A DNA stretch of 39,759 nucleotides, taken from contig DRNP01000044.1 of assembly GCA_011322135.1 (NCBI GenBank), positions 1-39,759 on the forward strand. The letters are read 5' to 3'. Positions 35,933 to 39,759 of the stretch are shown here, one piece after another. Below the pieces are notes generated by a model. It had not been told where the DNA came from. It ran no database searches and was given only the letters and a program-made list of their open reading frames with translations. The stretch is from Candidatus Kaiserbacteria bacterium. Its GTDB lineage: Bacteria; Patescibacteriota; Minisyncoccia; Phycocordibacterales; Phycocordibacteraceae. A program made the position numbers and the translations under genes. Within the stretch, counting starts at the first letter, position 1. Each line of letters opens with the position of its first letter.

Positions 35933-36614
35933 CTGGCGCGTCACAGAGCGTCGTACCGAAACACCTAGCGTCACGACGCTCACATTAGTACCTGAACACG
36001 GCGAAATACCGAAATTCATCTCTGGACAGTTCGTAAACGTGGTCTTTCCACACCTCGGAGAAGAAGCTAAGTCGTATTCTATTGCTAGCGCGCCCGAGGA
36101 TGATTTTCTGGCGCTATCTGTCCGCGCGCAAGGAGCTTTTTCGCACGCCCTTATTTCACTTGCCGTTGGCGACACTCTTCAAATATCTGAACCTTGCGGT
36201 TTCTTCTATCCAGAGGATGAAACAACGCCAAAAGTCTTCGTTGCCGCAGGAATTGGCATTATGCCATTTGTGTCTATGTTACGGCACGAGCAAGCGATTG
36301 GAGGGCATGCACAGACGCTTATACTTTATTCAAACCGTTCACCAAACGATGTCCCTTTTCTAAATGAGCTTTCTGAGCACGAGCAAGAAAATCGCTGCAC
36401 GGTCAGACACTTCATTACCGGAGAAAATGACAACACTATCAAAAACGCTACCTCTAGGCGCATAGTCACGGAAGATCTCTCGACGGCAAACACCCAAGCA
36501 CCAAATGCTATTTTTTTTCTCTGTGGCAGCATCGGTTTTGTACGCGACATGCGCACCTTAAGCAAAGAAGCCGGCGTCCTCGAGGAAAACATTTTCACAG
36601 AAGCATTTTTTTAG
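35919..36614 (+). CDS. FNR-family FAD/NAD(P)-binding oxidoreductase (flavodoxin/ferredoxin reductase-like)
   Basis: FAD motif KSYSIAS and NAD(P)-binding motif VFVAAGIGIMPF. No Fe-S domain. Confidence 0.75.
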   Translation: MSYRNWRVTERRTETPSVTTLTLVPEHGEIPKFISGQFVNVVFPHLGEEAKSYSIASAPEDDFLALSVRAQGAFSHALISLAVGDTLQISEPCGFFYPEDETTPKVFVAAGIGIMPFVSMLRHEQAIGGHAQTLILYSNRSPNDVPFLNELSEHEQENRCTVRHFITGENDNTIKNATSRRIVTEDLSTANTQAPNAIFFLCGSIGFVRDMRTLSKEAGVLEENIFTEAFF

Positions 36615-36905
36615 AAACCCTCCCTAAGGAGAACACGTGCTACATTCAGCAAATATCACCTGTCGTGCATTTTTGTACAACGTATAAAGTATAAAAACAC
36701 AATCGGCACATAACTGAATCTCGTATATTGCAATAAAGCCCTGCAAGCCACTGATGCTAAACATCGCTGACATAGCGCCCGCAAACGCGGACATCAATGC
36801 TGGGCAAAATCGGCGAACAACACAAAAAGGTATTAAACTTCATCAATAACGCCCGAGACTGTAGCAGACACGCCGTCGCATCGTTTCTTCTTAAATGCAT
36901 ACGTA

Positions 36906-37083
36906 GGAAACGACAATGGGGTGTCTCAGACGTTGCGATGGAAGCACTACGAAAAATATTAAACTTGTGGAAGCTACGCGTACAGAAGCTGACGCTTTGA
37001 TAGAAAAAGATCCCGACCTTTCAAAACACAGCGCGCTCGCTTCGCTCGCGCGCCGTGGCGAACGCGACCTCCACGGAGAATAA
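36906..37083 (+). pseudogene. frameshifted duplicate of the recG 3' end (corresponds to 30919-31094)
   Basis: RQWGVSDVAMEALR matches RecG RQWGISDVAMEALR. A 2-nt insertion (cgaaaaatatt versus cgaaatatt) breaks the frame, and the tail is diverged. Confidence 0.8.
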
Positions 37084-37172
37084 TGCTTCTTCCAGAATTA
37101 CAATGATAATACAAAACATTCATAATTCCCTCGCACTTATTTATAAAAATTCACGTACACAAAAAGTTATAA

Positions 37173-37197
37173 AAACCCCGACACTGTGTCGAGGTTT
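37173..37197 (-). terminator. intrinsic terminator of the 75-aa gene
   Basis: On the minus strand, aaacctcgaca-cagt-gtcggggttt is followed by ttttataac. Confidence 0.6.
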
Positions 37198-37222
37198 CAT
37201 CTTTTTATTAAAGAACTTTATT

Positions 37223-37450
37223 TCATTTCTCCGCAATGGACTGGAGTTGCGCCTTCTGCTTTGCAGACATGTCTCGAAGTACCGAAACAGCCCACTCGGC
37301 AAAAGCCTCAGCATCAGTTGTTTCAGTACCTAACTCTACGACGATACCCGCTACAAGCTCCTCCGGGTCAGGGTTTAGATGAAATCCCTCCCGGAAAAGT
37401 CTACTTAACATAAACTTTATGGCAATAACGCCATATTGTGCTTTACGCAT
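37223..37450 (-). CDS. hypothetical small protein (75 aa)
   Basis: AAGGAGG lies upstream of ATG 37450, and the gene has its own terminator. No motif recognised. Confidence 0.5.
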   Translation of the reverse strand: MRKAQYGVIAIKFMLSRLFREGFHLNPDPEELVAGIVVELGTETTDAEAFAEWAVSVLRDMSAKQKAQLQSIAEK

Positions 37451-37702
37451 GTAACACCTCCTTCTTTAGAAGTTATGCAAATCTCATGACCTACAATAAA
37501 TTATTGTAGCATTTTTATCACCACAAGTCAACATATTGTGGTGACGTCTTACACGCCTGATGTGTAATAAAATATATGGTGCGTGCTTATAAAACGTAAA
37601 CGGAGTCAATTTTTATAATTTAATATCTAATCTAAAATAAACACCCTCATTAAAAAATAATAGAGCTCCAAGTTTTTGTGCATTTATCGTACCCGATACT
37701 AT

Positions 37703-37753
37703 GCGCTCGCTTCGCTCGCGCATAGCCGCGAATCCGACCTCCACGGAGAATAA
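37703..37753 (+). repeat. 51-bp exact copy of the last 51 nt of recG (31044-31094)
   Basis: Base-for-base comparison of gcgctcgcttcgctcgcgcatagccgcgaatccgacctccacggagaataa. Confidence 0.9.
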
Positions 37754-37777
37754 TACACATAGAAATGTTTATGCTTG

Positions 37778-37852
37778 TCCGCCCGCTTGGACTCGAACCA
37801 AGGACCCTGGAGGTATAAGCTCCATGCTCTAAACCAACTGAGCTACGGGCGG
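37778..37852 (-). tRNA. tRNA-Ile with anticodon TAT (UAU)
   Basis: Manual fold: CCGCCCG/CGGGCGG acceptor, D-arm GCTC..GAGC, anticodon stem TGGAG/CTCCA with loop CTTATAC, and T-arm CTTGG-TTCGAGT-CCAAG. Confidence 0.8.
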
Positions 37853-37866
37853 AAGTGCTCCTTATA

Positions 37867-38208
37867 TTAAACCCGAAAGAAGCGAACTCCAAATATTGTG
37901 TTAATAAACGCGAGTACAAATGCAAATACAAACGCCGCCAAAAAACCACTCACAAAGAAACCCGGTACAAGCGCTGCCGAAAGTATAACAAGCAAAGCGT
38001 TTATAACGAGAGAAAAAAGACCTAATGTAAGTATTGTAATCGGAAACGTAAGGATTGACGCAATGGGTTTTATAAACAAGTTTATAAAACCCAGCACTAC
38101 AGCAAGTGTAAGTGCGCCCAAAAGCGTAACATGCACACCCGGCACCAGATACGCAGAGATGCTAATAGCAACTGCTGAAGTAATCCAGTGTAAAAGAGTA
38201 TGCATCAT
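37867..38208 (-). CDS. small 4-TM membrane protein (YvlD / holin-family-IV-like, recalled from memory)
   Basis: 113 aa, four hydrophobic helices, FINLFIKPI motif. Confidence 0.5.
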   Translation of the reverse strand: MMHTLLHWITSAVAISISAYLVPGVHVTLLGALTLAVVLGFINLFIKPIASILTFPITILTLGLFSLVINALLVILSAALVPGFFVSGFLAAFVFAFVLAFINTIFGVRFFRV

Positions 38209-38234
38209 CTAACATAATATAGTATAGCGAGCTC

Positions 38235-38296
38235 TTGTAAACAAAAAAACGCGGGGTGTGGCTGGCTCGCCACGCCCCGCGTTTTTTTGTTTACAA
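38235..38296. terminator. bidirectional intrinsic terminator
   Basis: ttgtaaacaaaaaaacgcggggtgtggc-tggc-tcgccacgccccgcgtttttttgtttacaa forms a GC-rich stem flanked by A7 and T7. Confidence 0.85.
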
Positions 38297-38355
38297 CACA
38301 GAATCATCAATCCACCGTTTCTTAAACAACACAAACATGCTCTAATATAGAAATT

Positions 38356-38976
38356 ATGCTTGATTTCTTCAGGGACATAATGATAAATCCGGTAATTATC
38401 GTAACAACGGCGGGTTATATTGGAATATTTTCAATAGTGTTCGCTGAGTCCGGATTTTTAATCGGTTTATTTTTGCCTGGAGACAGTCTACTTTTTGCAG
38501 CCGGTCTTGTGGCTTCAAACGGAACACTGAATCCTATGTGGCTTATCGCGATTGTAATTGCGGGAGCGATAATAGGTGATACAACAGGATACTGGATCGG
38601 ACGCCATTCCGGTGAGCGCATCTTGCGCCGTTATCCGCGTATCGTAAAACCGGAATACATCATACGCACGGAGCGCTTTTATGAACGGTTCGGAACCCGC
38701 GCAATTATCCTCGCACGCTTTGTGCCTATCGTCCGCACAGTCATGCCACCATTGGCGGGTATTGCTCATATGGACTACGAGCGTTTCTTGCGAGCCAATG
38801 TTATAGGAGCCTTTCTTTGGAGCCCTATTATGATTTCACTCGGATATTTTCTCGGTCGCTCCGTTCCAGGCATAGAACAATATTTACTTCCAATAAGTCT
38901 TGGAATTATATTTATATCATTTTTACCGTTTCTTATACGTTTTATTATGCGTAAAACAGTGAGTGCACAAACCTAG
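38356..38976 (+). CDS. dedA: DedA-family membrane protein
   Basis: LPGDSLLFAAG motif and the R/K-rich loop GYWIGRHSGERILRRY. Confidence 0.85.
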   Translation: MLDFFRDIMINPVIIVTTAGYIGIFSIVFAESGFLIGLFLPGDSLLFAAGLVASNGTLNPMWLIAIVIAGAIIGDTTGYWIGRHSGERILRRYPRIVKPEYIIRTERFYERFGTRAIILARFVPIVRTVMPPLAGIAHMDYERFLRANVIGAFLWSPIMISLGYFLGRSVPGIEQYLLPISLGIIFISFLPFLIRFIMRKTVSAQT

Positions 38977-38997
38977 CATCCACAACACAAAAACAAA

Positions 38998-39759
38998 CTA
39001 AATCACAATATTTAAAATACGCCCAGGCACGTAGATAACACGTTTGGGCTCTTTATTTGCAACAGCTTCTGCAACAGAAGAAATGGCACGAGCTCCAGCG
39101 AGAGCTTCTTCTTCAGAAGCATCGGGAGCAAGCTCCATTTCTCCTCGACGTTTGCCATTTATCTGAACGACAACCTTAACCGCACTTGTTGCCAGCAACG
39201 CTTTGTCGTACTTTGGCCATGTTGATTTATGTACCGAGCTGTTCTCGCCCAGCTCATGCCAAACTTCTTCCGCTAAATGCGGAGCAAAAGGTGCGAGCAA
39301 ACGCGCAAATATTTTAAGAGATTCATCGCTCACACCATCCTCCATTTTATTCAAACAAATCATCAGCTGACTGATTGCGGTATTAAACTTCAATTCTTTA
39401 ATGTCTTCTCCGACTTTTTTTATGGTTTCGTGCAAAACAGGTGCAAAAGAATCTTCTTCTTTTTTGTTGCGAGACGAGAGCAACTTGTAAACCCTGTCAA
39501 CAAAACGATACGATCCTTTTATGTTTTTCGTACTCCATGGTTTTTGAACATCAATAGGTCCCATAAACATTTCATACAATCTCAAAGTATCTGCTCCGTA
39601 CTCGCGCACAACATCGTCCGGATTTATAACATTACCGAGAGATTTACTCATTTTGCGACCGTCTTCCGCCAGTATCATTCCTTGATGACGAAGTTTCAAA
39701 AAAGGTTCATCAAATTCCGTATAACCAAAAGCATGCAAAACTTTCGTAAAGAAACGTGC
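38998..39759 (-). CDS. leuS: leucyl-tRNA synthetase, C-terminal part (gene continues beyond the window)
   Basis: KMSKSLGNVINP class I signature and the LeuRS C-terminal anticodon-binding region. Confidence 0.9.
   Translation of the reverse strand, partial: ARFFTKVLHAFGYTEFDEPFLKLRHQGMILAEDGRKMSKSLGNVINPDDVVREYGADTLRLYEMFMGPIDVQKPWSTKNIKGSYRFVDRVYKLLSSRNKKEEDSFAPVLHETIKKVGEDIKELKFNTAISQLMICLNKMEDGVSDESLKIFARLLAPFAPHLAEEVWHELGENSSVHKSTWPKYDKALLATSAVKVVVQINGKRRGEMELAPDASEEEALAGARAISSVAEAVANKEPKRVIYVPGRILNIVI

Noticed and set aside
36797-37333. ORFs 36797..37000 and 37055..37333 as real genes
   Set aside because: The first is the frameshifted recG 3' fragment read through. The second is antisense to the 75-aa gene and spans its terminator.

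Overview
This 39.8-kb window comes from a compact bacterial genome with many overlapping genes. The gene content is typical of CPR/Patescibacteria-like lineages, but that assignment is an inference. Core content: two CsoR/RcnR-family repressors, each with a palindromic operator, one beside a rhodanese and one beside a His-motif exported protein; ROK kinase and SIS sugar isomerase; initiator tRNA-Met; gatC-gatA-ligA; a 12-kb type IV pilus cluster (pilM/N/O, pilB, receiver-only response regulator, pilT, pilC, pilA, pilD, four minor pilins) divergent from comF; two MFS transporters; recG; a cobalamin-riboswitch-led nrdD-nrdG-nifS-nifU-FNR-like operon; tRNA-Ile(UAU); DedA; and a partial leuS. The main finding is a 4.5-kb accessory islet (about 22.7-27.3 kb) abutting tRNA-Ser(GCT). 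It is bracketed by exact 85-bp direct repeats that end in the last 7 nt of the tRNA gene. Inside it are: (i) an RT-only reverse transcriptase behind a roughly 540-nt structured, apparently non-coding leader, which is retron/DRT-like in architecture but lacks retron hallmarks; (ii) three copies, one of them permuted, of a 159-nt structured module carrying a tRNA-Ser 3'-end mimic; and (iii) two small cassettes headed by nonsense-disrupted XRE regulators, one of which encodes an NYN nuclease. No integrase is visible. A second rearrangement hotspot involves the last 51 nt of recG. That sequence recurs next to tRNA-Ile and, within a 178-bp frameshifted recG fragment, in between, so the copies bracket the nrdDG-nifSU block. 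No CRISPR array or rRNA was seen.
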